Virus record (IMG/VR): IMGVR_UViG_3300050014_000899
DNA from: a virus
Reading direction: 5' to 3' (one strand)
Length of the DNA stretch: 64,000 nucleotides
Part shown: one piece after another, positions 15,841 through 26,615 of the stretch
Position numbering within the stretch: the stretch's first letter is position 1
How the letters are laid out: every line of letters starts with the position of its first letter
Notes under the pieces: generated by a model
The model's input: only the letters and a program-made list of their open reading frames with translations
The model's database searches: none
What the model was told of the DNA's origin: nothing
Translations under genes and position numbers: made by a program

Positions 15841-15927
15841 GGAGAGTAAACCGGAAAGGTTTGCCGGAACCGCCTGCTAAGCGTGTTGAGCGTTAATTCG
15901 CTTGGTTTTCGAATATCCTGCTCTCCG
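15841..15927 (+). tRNA. tRNA-Ser(GCT)
   Basis: cgc-CT GCT AA-gcg; long variable arm; G73. Confidence 0.8.
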
Positions 15928-15933
15928 CTCATG

Positions 15934-15973
15934 AAAAAGACCCAATATAATTTTTTTATATGGGTCTTTTTTT
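15934..15973 (+). terminator. intrinsic terminator ending tRNA operon 2
   Basis: AAAAAGACCCA...TGGGTCTTTTTTT. Confidence 0.75.
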
Positions 15974-16002
15974 GTACATTTACAGAGTTAAAAAGTATAT
16001 GT

Positions 16003-16386
16003 ATGAACTTTGAAAGACATCAGGATCCTTTAACCTCAATGAATATTGGGATTACTACTTGGGATAAACTGCAGCAAGGTCAAGTCCTAAAAACTAAAAG
16101 AAGCGTAAAGCTTACCGAAATCCCTGGGGGAGCATGGAAAATAAAAGCTGATGGTAGTGTGTTGGATAATTCTATTGGTAAAGATATGTTCTGCCATCTT
16201 ATTCGTGTAAACCACGTTAGGGTAAAAGACGGAAAAACAAAAATTTTACAAATTGTATTTGCTGAATATTTATGGTTAGACAGTATAGCTAAAGATACTA
16301 AACAATTTACAGCTACAAAAACTTTAATTGGAAATATTGATCAGATCAAAAGTAGATTTGAAATTATTCAAAGAGTAAAAATATGA
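16003..16386 (+). CDS. hypothetical protein, FER..DP...IG N-terminal motif family (start corrected)
   Basis: MNFERHQDPLTSMNIG; the upstream extension in the ORF track overlaps a tRNA and terminator. Confidence 0.7.
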   Translation: MNFERHQDPLTSMNIGITTWDKLQQGQVLKTKRSVKLTEIPGGAWKIKADGSVLDNSIGKDMFCHLIRVNHVRVKDGKTKILQIVFAEYLWLDSIAKDTKQFTATKTLIGNIDQIKSRFEIIQRVKI

Positions 16387-17168
16387 AAAATCATTTTGTC
16401 CGAGGGGGAAATGTCATTAAGAAATTAGGTATAGGAAGATCCATTCTTGATGAACTCATGGAACATAAGGTTGCTAGACCTATGAATGATCCTCGTGAAA
16501 AGCTGGAGGGAGATGAAAAATACAGTCAGAATATTGCTGTTTGGATAAATCCTAGTAATCAAACCTGTTTTAATGCTATGTGGTGTGACTATCAGAATCT
16601 GGAGGATTGGATGAACGGAAAAGGACCGATGGTTAAAGGGGATACAGATGAGGAAAAGAAAAAATATTGGGATTATGCTGTAGCTGAAGCAGAAGACACG
16701 GAACATATGATGTGGTCCATTTTATATCATTGGAAATGGTTTGACCAGTTTACAACAGATTTTGATCCTCATAAACATGCAGCTTCTTTTGGAATAAGTA
16801 ACGTTATAAAAAATCCTCTTAAGCTTAACAAGAAAGACCCCTCGGAAACTATAAAAGCTATGTATGCTCCGTATGTGGATGAAATGGCCAGAGATATGGA
16901 ATATAGGGACTGGGGTAACATTAGAAGAGAAGCTGAAAAAGAATGGTATGGGATTAAAAGAACCCTTTATTGTTTAGGAATTGGTTATATGGGAGCTTGC
17001 AATACCCCAGAGGAGATTGAAAATCTTAATTGGATTGAAGGTATTGTTCTATCTAAAGCATATTATAATGGATTGATTAAATATTCCCCCCATAAATCTC
17101 TTCCTGATTTTGCATGGCTTTCCCAAAAAGAGCAAGATAAATACAAGAAAGATAAGATGGATTTATGA
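16383..17168 (+). CDS. hypothetical protein with related N-terminal motif
   Basis: HFVRGGNVIKKLGIG. Confidence 0.7.
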   Translation: MKNHFVRGGNVIKKLGIGRSILDELMEHKVARPMNDPREKLEGDEKYSQNIAVWINPSNQTCFNAMWCDYQNLEDWMNGKGPMVKGDTDEEKKKYWDYAVAEAEDTEHMMWSILYHWKWFDQFTTDFDPHKHAASFGISNVIKNPLKLNKKDPSETIKAMYAPYVDEMARDMEYRDWGNIRREAEKEWYGIKRTLYCLGIGYMGACNTPEEIENLNWIEGIVLSKAYYNGLIKYSPHKSLPDFAWLSQKEQDKYKKDKMDL

Positions 17169-17587
17169 AAAACCAACTCCTATGGAATGAATCGCTTGAA
17201 ACTGGTATCGTTGAATTAGATATTCAGCATAGAAACCTTTTCAACATATTTAAGATTCTACGCGATGCTATTGAAAACAAAAAATCTTCATTAGTTATTA
17301 AATACATTATTGAAGAGGTAGAACGATACGGAGAGTATCACATAAATGCCGAAGAAGAGATTCTAAGAAAATATCAGGTATTAAGTGAATCCCATTATAG
17401 GGAACACGAAAGCTTCAAAAAAATCGTTCATGATTTTAAAGAAAGATATATCACAACCCCAGATAATATTTTAGCTGAGGAAATTTCTAAATATCTCTAT
17501 AGCTGGGTAACGAATCATATCATGAAAATTGATATGGAAGACATTCGGCTTCTGAATGAAGAATTTAAAAAAGCTGGAAAGCTTTAA
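17165..17587 (+). CDS. bacteriohemerythrin
   Basis: W...LETGIVELDIQH; HINAEE; HYREH; WVTNHIMKID. Confidence 0.9.
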   Translation: MKNQLLWNESLETGIVELDIQHRNLFNIFKILRDAIENKKSSLVIKYIIEEVERYGEYHINAEEEILRKYQVLSESHYREHESFKKIVHDFKERYITTPDNILAEEISKYLYSWVTNHIMKIDMEDIRLLNEEFKKAGKL

Positions 17588-17626
17588 AAAAGATCCCAAA
17601 TTATTTTTTAGTTTGGGATCTTTTTT
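17587..17626 (+). terminator. intrinsic terminator
   Basis: AAAAAGATCCCAAA/TTTGGGATCTTTTTT. Confidence 0.7.
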
Positions 17627-17655
17627 GTACATTTGTCCTATATAAATGACGACAC

Positions 17656-20296
17656 ATGGAAGAAATGGATCCCAGAGACGTAAAAGATAAAGATGGCAAC
17701 ATCGTTATGAACTGTACTGGTTACGAAGCTTATCTCAAAGAAAACGGAAAACTCAGCTTAAAAGGAATGAAAAGAGGAGACCAGATTGAGGTTAGTACTT
17801 ACTGGGGGAGCAAAAGAGTCGTAGTAGATGGTTTCGAGGATAATCATATTTTCTGCGATGATGATGGTGTTGAAATGTGTGTTGCTTTACAACAGGATTC
17901 TGGAAGACTTATGTTTGTTGATAGAACTGAAAGATAATGGCAAAAGAAACCGAATTACACAGAGCTATAATGAGTAGCCGAGAAATCTCCTTCGAAGAAG
18001 CAGATGATTTGATTGCTGAAATGAAAGAACGATTCAAAGAAGGGGAAGACCCGGAAGAGGTTCTTTTAAGCGAAGGATATGAACCTGATTACGTATTTGA
18101 TATATTATTTGACTAATGAAAACATTTGAAGAAATCGACATTACTGCTCCTCTTTTGAAAGAGGAATTCTTCATGTTATTTGATACTCAGCTTCCATTAA
18201 ATGATGCTGAAAAGAAGAAAATAAATGAAGACTATTTTCCCTTATATGCTTTATTTATAACTGATGGCGGAGTTACGCCGGAAGTAGCATTTGAAGCAAC
18301 CAAAACAGTTTTTTATAGTCAGGAAACTCAGATTAAAGAACGTCTCGATGGAAAAATTTGAAAATACAGGAAAAACAACCCATTGCGATGCATTGGGAAA
18401 TCCTATTGAAATAGGCAAGGCTTATGGTTTTTCTAAAAATGTAAACGGTCTTACCCAAGTCATAATAGGGGTTGCTAAAAAACTTACTGATCATGGGGTA
18501 ACTCTTACCGTAATCAGTTCTTGCAAAGCTCTTTATGATTATGATTCGGAACCTGAAGAAACAAAAGCATCTGTAACAACTCGAGGAATGATGATGTTTC
18601 CTATTCCGCCAGCGAAAACTCGTAATCCCGGGACATTTATTCATGGAAACAACAACGGGTTTGCTCATTTGGATGATTAAGATTTAACCAGAATTTAACA
18701 AAAACTTCAAAACTATCTCTAAAACTAGCATAAAAAGAGTGTCCAGAGAGAAGGTAAGAAGGTTACTTATAATAGAAAGGAAAGAAATGGCAACAAATTT
18801 CATGACGACTAAGTTCGATAAGTGGTTAAACAGAGATGTTAAAACCCACAAAAAAGGAGTAACCTTAATCCATTTATTTCACGAAGTATGGAGAACCGGA
18901 AAACTCAATGAGAAAAAAGATAAACCAGCTCACCTGGTTATCTATGATCCCCATGATAAACAATACGATGTTTATGGGCAGGAAGCTTTGGATTTAATGA
19001 GTGCCTACACTCGCGAATTTCGTGGATGCATGAGAGTCGATCCAGCCAAAGTAAAAATCTATATCTTATCTTCAATCCTTGATAAAAAGGAAAACTGGTG
19101 CTTTAATCTTTCGGAAAAACCAGCTGTTGATGCTATGATCAAAGTTATTTATAACAACGGAACGATCAAAGTTATCAAATCTACAGGTAACTGGGAGCCT
19201 GAAGTTATTGACAGAAAATACTCAGAGGATACTTCTATACCTCAAACAATTTACCCGGTTGCTTATAAATGCAAACAATGAAAAGCGATAAAAAATACGT
19301 CGTTTTAGAACATCTAACCCTACCAGATAGAGGTTTTAGATTTTTCACTGCCAATACGGAAGATAATACTCACGGACGTAATGGGGAACTTTGGTATAAA
19401 GAAGTTCTTTTTACCGATAGCACCAAGGAAGCTCAGGAGGCATGTCGAAGTCTTGGCGAGGTTCCATCCATGCATGAATTGGAAGAATATTATAGAAACT
19501 TATTAGAACAAGAAAATGAAAATTAAAGGTTATGTACTCGTTGGGGTTTCCAGAGGGGTTTCCAGAGATGTAAATTTTTACTTCTCTAGATCTCAGGAAA
19601 AATTTGTGGATAGTGTTATGAAATTAAATCTGTCTGATCTGGAAGAAGAACCAAGCGGGGTTGGCCCAACTGAGATGCTTAAGATAAGACAGGATTATCC
19701 GCTTATTGATAGTATCAAAGGATATGCTAAAATCAAAATTAAAATAAAGCTATGAATAGAAGAAACTTGCGTAGAATGATTCTACTTTTAGCCACTGCTG
19801 TTGCTATAATTCTAATGTTATCCAGCTGTATGTGCAAAGGGATGCCCGATGATGCAGTAACAGTCACCACGAATTTTTATGTTACCGATGTTTATGTCGG
19901 CAAATATTCTAAGGTAAAGGGATATATCATTTACAAAGATATAAAAATCCCAGCTGATAATGGTGGTTCTGGATATTATAGTTTAACTGAAGGAAGCGTT
20001 GTTCCGGTAACAATTAGTATTGCTATAGAGAATGATGGGTATAATTCTGTTACTCTTAGAACTTCCGCTCTGGATTTAACCAAATACATTCAATAATGGA
20101 ATTCAATACATGCGGCACTTGTGGTGCTAAAAATGGAAGAGCAGGTCCTCTTATAGCTACAGAAAAAAGCAATCGGGTTTTTGAATGTATGAATTGTCAT
20201 GATACCAGGGAATCTGGAGAAATTACTATTCATACGAATCTATCCAGAACTGATGCAGAAATTGAAAAAACAATGAAAATACTTGATACAAAATGA
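17656..20296 (+). other. run of small hypothetical early-type ORFs
   Basis: abutting ORFs at 17656, 17937, 18116, about 18348, 18739, 19269, 19516, 19752 (lipoprotein-like LSSC) and 20096. Confidence 0.6.
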
Positions 20297-21165
20297 AAGA
20301 CGAATTAGGTGACAGAATGAAGGGTAATTACGAAGACAGAACTCGTTTCTCCCTTCCAAGAAGAACATATACAATTATCCGAGTTGACGGAAAAGCATTT
20401 CACACATTAACAAAGGGGATGTGTAAACCGTTCAGCGTAGATTTTAAACAAAACGTATTTGCTGGTTTTATGGACAAAACAGCAAAAGCTTTATGCGAAC
20501 ATATTCAAGGAGCTCAGTTTGCTTTTGTTCAGTCCGATGAAATCTCAGTTTTGTTAACTGATTTTGAAAAGACTACAACTGATGCATGGTTTGATGCCAA
20601 TATTCAGAAAATGGCTTCCGTAGCTGCTTCAATTGCTACAGCTGCTTTTAACAAAGCTAGACTGATAAGAGTTTTCGAGGAATTCCCCAATACATTTGAT
20701 ATTGAACCTGAATTGGATTGCTATACTGTTGCAAAAATGATCGATATGGTTAAAGTTGGGGAATTTGATGCAAGAGTATTTACTATCCCGGATCCAATAG
20801 AAGTTGAAAACTACTTTATATGGAGACAAAAAGATGCCGTAAGAAACTCTGTTTCGATGGCCGCTAAATCTCTTTATTCAACAAAAGAACTCGAAGGAGT
20901 ATCTTCTCAGGGAAAACTGGATTTGATTCACGATAAAGGAGAAAATTGGAATGATCTCCCCGATGGATTTAAAAGAGGACGTTTAATATCTTACAACTAT
21001 TCTTTTGATCTTGAAACTGCTCCTTTAAATACTGGATCCTTTAAAGAAGAACACCAAATGGTTGAGGGGGTTTCCAGAGGAGCTTGGGAAGTTAATCCTG
21101 CTCCGGATTTTCTTAAGGAAAGGGATGAGTTGAGAGACCGTATTCCAAAAATAGAAGTAAATTAA
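20293..21165 (+). CDS. Thg1-like tRNA(His) guanylyltransferase / 3'-5' polymerase
   Basis: RVDGKAFH, VQSDEIS, FDARVF, YFIWRQKDAVRNS. Confidence 0.92.
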   Translation: MKDELGDRMKGNYEDRTRFSLPRRTYTIIRVDGKAFHTLTKGMCKPFSVDFKQNVFAGFMDKTAKALCEHIQGAQFAFVQSDEISVLLTDFEKTTTDAWFDANIQKMASVAASIATAAFNKARLIRVFEEFPNTFDIEPELDCYTVAKMIDMVKVGEFDARVFTIPDPIEVENYFIWRQKDAVRNSVSMAAKSLYSTKELEGVSSQGKLDLIHDKGENWNDLPDGFKRGRLISYNYSFDLETAPLNTGSFKEEHQMVEGVSRGAWEVNPAPDFLKERDELRDRIPKIEVN

Positions 21166-21201
21166 TTTTTTTACTAAGGATTTTTGTTGTACATTTGCTT
21201 T

Positions 21202-21729
21202 ATGAATAAGTATTTAATCTACGGACTTTATTGCCCATTTACCGATAACTTACATTATGTCGGACAAAGCAGTACCGGAATGACGAGACCCAAATCTCAT
21301 ATGACCGGAAGAAGTTCAAAGAAAATAGGTGAATGGGTTGACCAATTAAAATTTTTAGGATATAAGCCTATAATTAAAATACTTGAAGAATGCTCAAAAG
21401 ATAATCTTGATGAAAAAGAAAAATATTGGATTAAAAAATCCAAAGATGAGGGGGCATATCTTTTAAATGTTGTGTACAACAAAACTGAGAAGATATTATT
21501 TCAAAAAGAATATGAATTTAGTGATGCGGATATTTTAACTATTGCTAAAATAATTCGAGAAACCCGCCACAAATTAGATATTCGTCAAGAGGATTTATGC
21601 GAAGCAGCAGGAATTACTCGTCCAACTTTATACATGATTGAAAAAGGAAACAATAAAACAGTTTATAATAATTTGAAAAAGGTTTTGGGGATTTTGGGAT
21701 TTGAAATTACGATTCGAAAAAAATCATAA
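21202..21729 (+). CDS. GIY-YIG nuclease fused to XRE HTH (paralog of 1512..2063)
   Basis: LIYGLYCP...YVGQS; IRQEDLCEAAGITRPTLYMIEKG; start moved downstream of TACATTTG. Confidence 0.75.
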   Translation: MNKYLIYGLYCPFTDNLHYVGQSSTGMTRPKSHMTGRSSKKIGEWVDQLKFLGYKPIIKILEECSKDNLDEKEKYWIKKSKDEGAYLLNVVYNKTEKILFQKEYEFSDADILTIAKIIRETRHKLDIRQEDLCEAAGITRPTLYMIEKGNNKTVYNNLKKVLGILGFEITIRKKS

Positions 21730-21782
21730 CGTCAAATATCTTTTACAAAGGCCCCGGTAAATTCGCAAATATAATTGACATT

Positions 21783-22055
21783 ATGGAAAATACTACATTT
21801 GACAATAAACAAAAGGAACTTAGGGAACAACTCATGGCAAGACCTACCCCGGTTCACTTTACTTACAGAAAAGCTGATGGAACTATCAGAGATGCCATTG
21901 GTACCCTTCGTCCTGGATTAATTCCGGTAAGCAAAGAACCTAAGTCTCCTAATTTAAACGACAATCCAAGTCTTAATCTGAGATATTATGATCTTCAGAA
22001 AGAGGCTTGGAGGTCTTTAACACAGGATTGTTCAATTATAAATATTTTGGACTAG
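21783..22055 (+). CDS. WYL-like/SH3 beta-barrel protein
   Basis: VHFTYRKADGTIRDAIGTL...YYDLQKEAWRS. Confidence 0.7.
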   Translation: MENTTFDNKQKELREQLMARPTPVHFTYRKADGTIRDAIGTLRPGLIPVSKEPKSPNLNDNPSLNLRYYDLQKEAWRSLTQDCSIINILD

Positions 22056-22114
22056 GTTAAATGATGGAACAAAACTTTTTAGAAGATTTTGATATATAAT
22101 ACAAAAACAATATT

Positions 22115-22693
22115 ATGTTTTATGTATATCAATTAAGTTCTTTATCTTACGGGGTTTTTTATATTGGAAAAGGAAAAGGAAACAGAATGTACCGGCATAG
22201 TGAAATAGCTCGGGGAAATTCTATTAATAGGAAAACTAATATTCATTTGTATAACCGAATTTTAAAAATTATTCAGTCAGATGAAAAATTGGTTTATAAA
22301 AAAATATTTACTTCTGAAAATGAGGAGGAATGTTTAAAAGTTGAAATCCAATATATTAAGGAATATGGAACTTTTCATAAAGTTAAAGGAATTAAGCGAG
22401 GCCCTTTATTAAATTTGACACTAGGTGGAGAAGGAACTTCCGGATATACATTATCCGAAGAGACAAAAGAAAAAATGTCAAAAGCAAAAAAAGGAAAAAG
22501 TTTGCCTAAATGGTCGGATGAGTCGAAAGAAAAGTTGTCAAAAACAAATATGGGGAAGAAGGGATTCTGGGAAGGAAAAAATTTATCCGAAAAAACAAAA
22601 GAGAACATGAGCAAATCTCATCTTGGAAAAAATAAAGGACCCATTTCTGAGAAACGAAGATTAGCTATTATAGAAGGAATGAAAAAATATTGA
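22115..22693 (+). CDS. GIY-YIG homing endonuclease with NUMOD3 repeats
   Basis: FYVY..FYIGKG..R; LLNLTLGGEG; SEETKEKMS. Confidence 0.85.
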   Translation: MFYVYQLSSLSYGVFYIGKGKGNRMYRHSEIARGNSINRKTNIHLYNRILKIIQSDEKLVYKKIFTSENEEECLKVEIQYIKEYGTFHKVKGIKRGPLLNLTLGGEGTSGYTLSEETKEKMSKAKKGKSLPKWSDESKEKLSKTNMGKKGFWEGKNLSEKTKENMSKSHLGKNKGPISEKRRLAIIEGMKKY

Positions 22694-22890
22694 TACAGAG
22701 AATTCGTCGCACTACGGTGAGAAACTTCAGTCCATCACAGCTGAAAGCGGGAGATCTAACTAATCGTTAATACCGCTGAGAGATGCAACTTAAACAGACT
22801 TAGACTAAAAGCTGATCAATGATAGTCGGGTTAAGGCCAATAGACAAATGACGAAATAAAGCAAAAGACTGGGTACGCTCATATCAATAT
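22687..22890 (+). ncRNA. rnpB: minimal RNase P RNA
   Basis: P1 ATATTGATA/TATCAATAT; P2 TTCGTCG/TGACGAA; P3 CAC-TACG-GTG; P4 GAGAAAC-T-TCAGT/ACTGG-GT with bulged U; TAGACAAATG before P2'. Confidence 0.7.
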
Positions 22891-22895
22891 TAAAT

Positions 22896-23003
22896 GGTTT
22901 CGTAGCTTAGGGGCAGAGTACTGGCGGAACATGCGGGGAGCGAGAGATCGTCCGTAATGACCTAGAGGCATACGGGGCGGAGGTTCGATTCCTTCCGAGA
23001 CCA
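22896..23003 (+). ncRNA. tRNA-like RNA with expanded anticodon domain
   Basis: GGTTTCG/CGAGACC acceptor, D arm, T arm GGAGG-TTCGATT-CCTTC, about 55-nt middle domain. Confidence 0.55.
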
Positions 23004-23016
23004 CAAAAATTAAATT

Positions 23017-23550
23017 ATGAACACAAAACAGATTGCAGTTACAGGAGATTTGGCTTTAGGGAATTCGGTAAAACCCCTTTTGAAAAATACAGAACTTTAT
23101 TGCGAAGTCTGTAAAGACTACACTGAACACGAAGAAGGTGAAATCACAAAATGTATGGTTTGCGGCTCCGTCTATCGGAATGTTAAAAGATATATCATCT
23201 GCGGTAAACCTGATAATGCAGAAGTAATTGCAGCTCGCGAGGCATTATTGGACAAAGAACCCGATGTTATTATCATCGATGAAGAGGTTGCTTGGAAACA
23301 TAAGGTTAAAGGATTTTCTAACAATCCATTCCAATCTCGCCCAACAATGCCAATCTATCCTAATCCCGAATTATTTCAGGGTTTAGAAGATATGAGATAT
23401 GATCATCTTTCCAAAAGAGAAAGAAATGCTGTTATTGAGCCGGTTCGTACCGAACCTAAATACCAAAGGAACGAACCATGTCCTTGCGGTAAAACCGACG
23501 ATAATGGTAAGAGATTAAAATACAAAAAATGCTGTGGAAAAAATGGCTAA
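23017..23550 (+). CDS. SEC-C motif protein
   Basis: RNEPCPCG...KYKKCCG. Confidence 0.75.
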   Translation: MNTKQIAVTGDLALGNSVKPLLKNTELYCEVCKDYTEHEEGEITKCMVCGSVYRNVKRYIICGKPDNAEVIAAREALLDKEPDVIIIDEEVAWKHKVKGFSNNPFQSRPTMPIYPNPELFQGLEDMRYDHLSKRERNAVIEPVRTEPKYQRNEPCPCGKTDDNGKRLKYKKCCGKNG

Positions 23551-24494
23551 GAAAGAAAAAAGAATCAAAAATCAGGACATTATTGATTTCCGATATTGGC
23601 TAATCAATCAGATGTATCCCGGATCAGTTCCCGATACTTCAAGCACTTCTTTTATTGTTAATGGAAAGAAAAGAGAAATGGATCCGTATGAAAGAGCAGT
23701 CTATGATGAAGTGCTGCTTCAGTTTAACAGTCACTTTGGAGTAAGAGGTTATGATATAGGATAATTATGGCTATAAATTTTGCAGAGTTAGATAAGGAGC
23801 TCAAGGAGGGTCCGCTAACAAGAGACGAATTATTAATCATTGAAAGATTTGAAAATCAGATCGACAAAGATATAAAAAGACAATATACTGGAAACAACTC
23901 GGTTCATATTTCTGATCATCAAGTTGAGTTTACTTTTGACTCAATACAGGATCGTCAATTAAATCTTCCTTATGCCCGAAGAAAAATCATGACAAAAGAA
24001 CTTTTGAATCGATATGATAGAGCTGGATGGAAAGTTCAGAAGGATTCAGGTGGAGAAGATGATGGCCCAAATCGTCCAGCAATTCCATTTTACGTATTCA
24101 CAGGCAAAACCTTAAGATAATGTATACGGATGCACTTTCACTCGAAGAAAAGAAATACAGGCAAACAAAGTCTGTAAGGTGGTTAGATACACCAGAGGGA
24201 ACTATTTGGGCAACATATGGTTTTAGAAACTATATCCAGCCCGTTGATCCGAATTTAAGATATACCCCGCTTGGAGTTGATCTTGATCTTTTGTTTGATG
24301 AAGATGAAGCAATATTTGAACCTACAAAATAATATGGCTAAAATTATTATTGATCCCGTCGGAGACTATGATGTAAATTGGAGAAGGGGTCTTTGGAAAT
24401 CTGTTTGGAAAAATGCTTTTATTCCAGAAGGTTTGCGAGGAAAAATCAAAATAGTTTTTGATAAGAAAGACGGGCATCCTATAATTAAAAAGAA

Positions 24495-25070
24495 ATGATT
24501 GAAACCCTTGCGGTCATATTTACTATAATAGATGTTTGGCTGACAACCAAAAGGCATATTTTAACTTGGCCTGTAGGAATCATCGGGGTTATTCTTTATG
24601 GCATCGTTTTCTGGAATTCCAGACTTTATTCTGACTTTGGTCTTCAATTTGTTTTCTTAGCTCAAAGTATTGTTGGCTGGATAACTTGGAGCAGACATCT
24701 GGAGGATGTTAAAACTCATACGAGAGTCACATGCATGACTCCAAAAGAAATGGCTTATTGGTTTTCTGGGGGAATTTGGGCATATATCATTTTAGCCATA
24801 GTGATGAAAAAATATACAAATGCTGCTGTTCCATGGGTAGATTCATTTGTAGCAGTTTTTAGCTTAATAGCCAACTGGTTACTTGCTAAAAGGAAACTTG
24901 AAAATTGGTATGTCTGGATTCTTGCAAACACGATTTATGTCGGACTATTTTTATATAAAGGGCTTTACCTATCCTCAGTTCTATATGCTGGATTAATATA
25001 TTTGGATATTGTAGGATTGAAAGATTGGACCAAAAAATTAAAAGAACAATTTTTAATGTTTAAATCATGA
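24495..25070 (+). CDS. pnuC: nicotinamide riboside transporter PnuC
   Basis: multi-TM; WPVGIIG, PWVDSF, LLAKRKLENWYVWI. Confidence 0.9.
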   Translation: MIETLAVIFTIIDVWLTTKRHILTWPVGIIGVILYGIVFWNSRLYSDFGLQFVFLAQSIVGWITWSRHLEDVKTHTRVTCMTPKEMAYWFSGGIWAYIILAIVMKKYTNAAVPWVDSFVAVFSLIANWLLAKRKLENWYVWILANTIYVGLFLYKGLYLSSVLYAGLIYLDIVGLKDWTKKLKEQFLMFKS

Positions 25071-25751
25071 ACTGCGCAGCTAAATTATTTTGGTTAATGT
25101 TAGGGCTCTTTTTTATCATGTGCCTTATATTCTTCTTTTCGTGGATAGTGATGATTGTATTTGGAGCAATTCTGATAACCGGAATCTGCGGAATATTCTC
25201 CAATAAAAGAAAAAAGGAAATATCTATTTCAGTAAGAGGTACTGGAACTGTGGATGAAAATGGAAAAGTGACAGATTATAAATTGCAAGGTATTGATATA
25301 GTGGAAAATGAAAACACCAAAGAAAGCTAAAATGAGCGATGATCCTCGATGGGAAAAATATGATGAACTGAGGAAAGCTGGAGATATTTTAAAAGCAGAT
25401 AAATTAAAAGAGGAAATCAAAGATACTTACATTTGGAAAAAACCGTGTCACCATGTCGGAGAAAAATGAACTAAGCAAATCCTATCGCGATTGGGAAAAA
25501 GATGTTGATCTTGACGAACTGGATAAAAAAATGGCAAAAGAATTGGAAATGACACAGCAGGATAAGGACTTGGCTAAAGTTACTGGTTTTGTTAGTAAAA
25601 ATTATGGGCCAAAAGCTGCTCTAATTTTTTACATTGATTTTATACAACCTATTAAAGAACGTTTAGAAGAATTAAAAGATGAGTCATAAACGTATAATTT
25701 TTGTGGGTTCAACTTTTTCGGGAATGAACTTGGATATATATAATAAAAACT

Positions 25752-26615
25752 ATGTATTCAAGAAATTGTCCAAAATGCGGAAAAGTAATAAATTATCGAA
25801 ATAAAAGATCTTTTTTAATTTCGATAAAACAAAATACCAACTGTGGGCCATGCCGTTCTGCTGGTATAAATAAAGGGAAAAAAGCTTCAGAAAAAACAAA
25901 GAAGAAATTAAGTATAAACAATTCCGGCTCTGGAAATGGTTTTTTTGGTAAAAATCATACAAAACAATCCAAAGATGCTATAAAAAATTATAATATTGGG
26001 AAAACATATTCTGATGAAACAAATAAAACTAAAGGATTAAAAGGAGAATTAAATCCTAGATATGGCAAAAATAATTATGATTCATGGCTTAAAAAATATG
26101 GAGAAAAAGAAGCAAATGAAAAACTTAATAATTTTAAAAAGAAAGCATCAATAAATTCTTCAGGAAAAAATAATCCAATGTATGGTAAGCCTTCCCCAAC
26201 TGGTTCTGGGAATGGTTGGTCTGGTTGGTATAAAAATAAATATTTTCGAAGTTTGCGAGAACTTTCTTTTATAATTTACTATATTGAAAGATTTAATCTA
26301 AAATATGAAACTGGAGAAAGTAAGAAATATCAAATAAAATATAAGGATAATGAAGTTGAAAGAAATTATTATCCTGATTTTTTTATAAGCAACCATTATT
26401 TAGTAGAAATTAAGCCAATAAAACTTTGGAATAGTAGATCCGTTCTATTAAAAAAAGAAGCAGCAATTAGATTTTGTGAAGAGAGAGGATTAAAATATAA
26501 ATTGATAGACCCCATAAAATTAGTTACAAAAATCGAGTTAATGAAAAAAATTGAAATGGGGGAACTCCAATTTTTAGAAAAATATCAACTAAAATTAAAT
26601 AATTATGAGTCATAA
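25752..26615 (+). CDS. homing endonuclease, NUMOD3 plus TnsA-like nuclease
   Basis: NPMYGK; YFRSLREL; YYPDF..LVEIKP. Confidence 0.8.
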   Translation: MYSRNCPKCGKVINYRNKRSFLISIKQNTNCGPCRSAGINKGKKASEKTKKKLSINNSGSGNGFFGKNHTKQSKDAIKNYNIGKTYSDETNKTKGLKGELNPRYGKNNYDSWLKKYGEKEANEKLNNFKKKASINSSGKNNPMYGKPSPTGSGNGWSGWYKNKYFRSLRELSFIIYYIERFNLKYETGESKKYQIKYKDNEVERNYYPDFFISNHYLVEIKPIKLWNSRSVLLKKEAAIRFCEERGLKYKLIDPIKLVTKIELMKKIEMGELQFLEKYQLKLNNYES

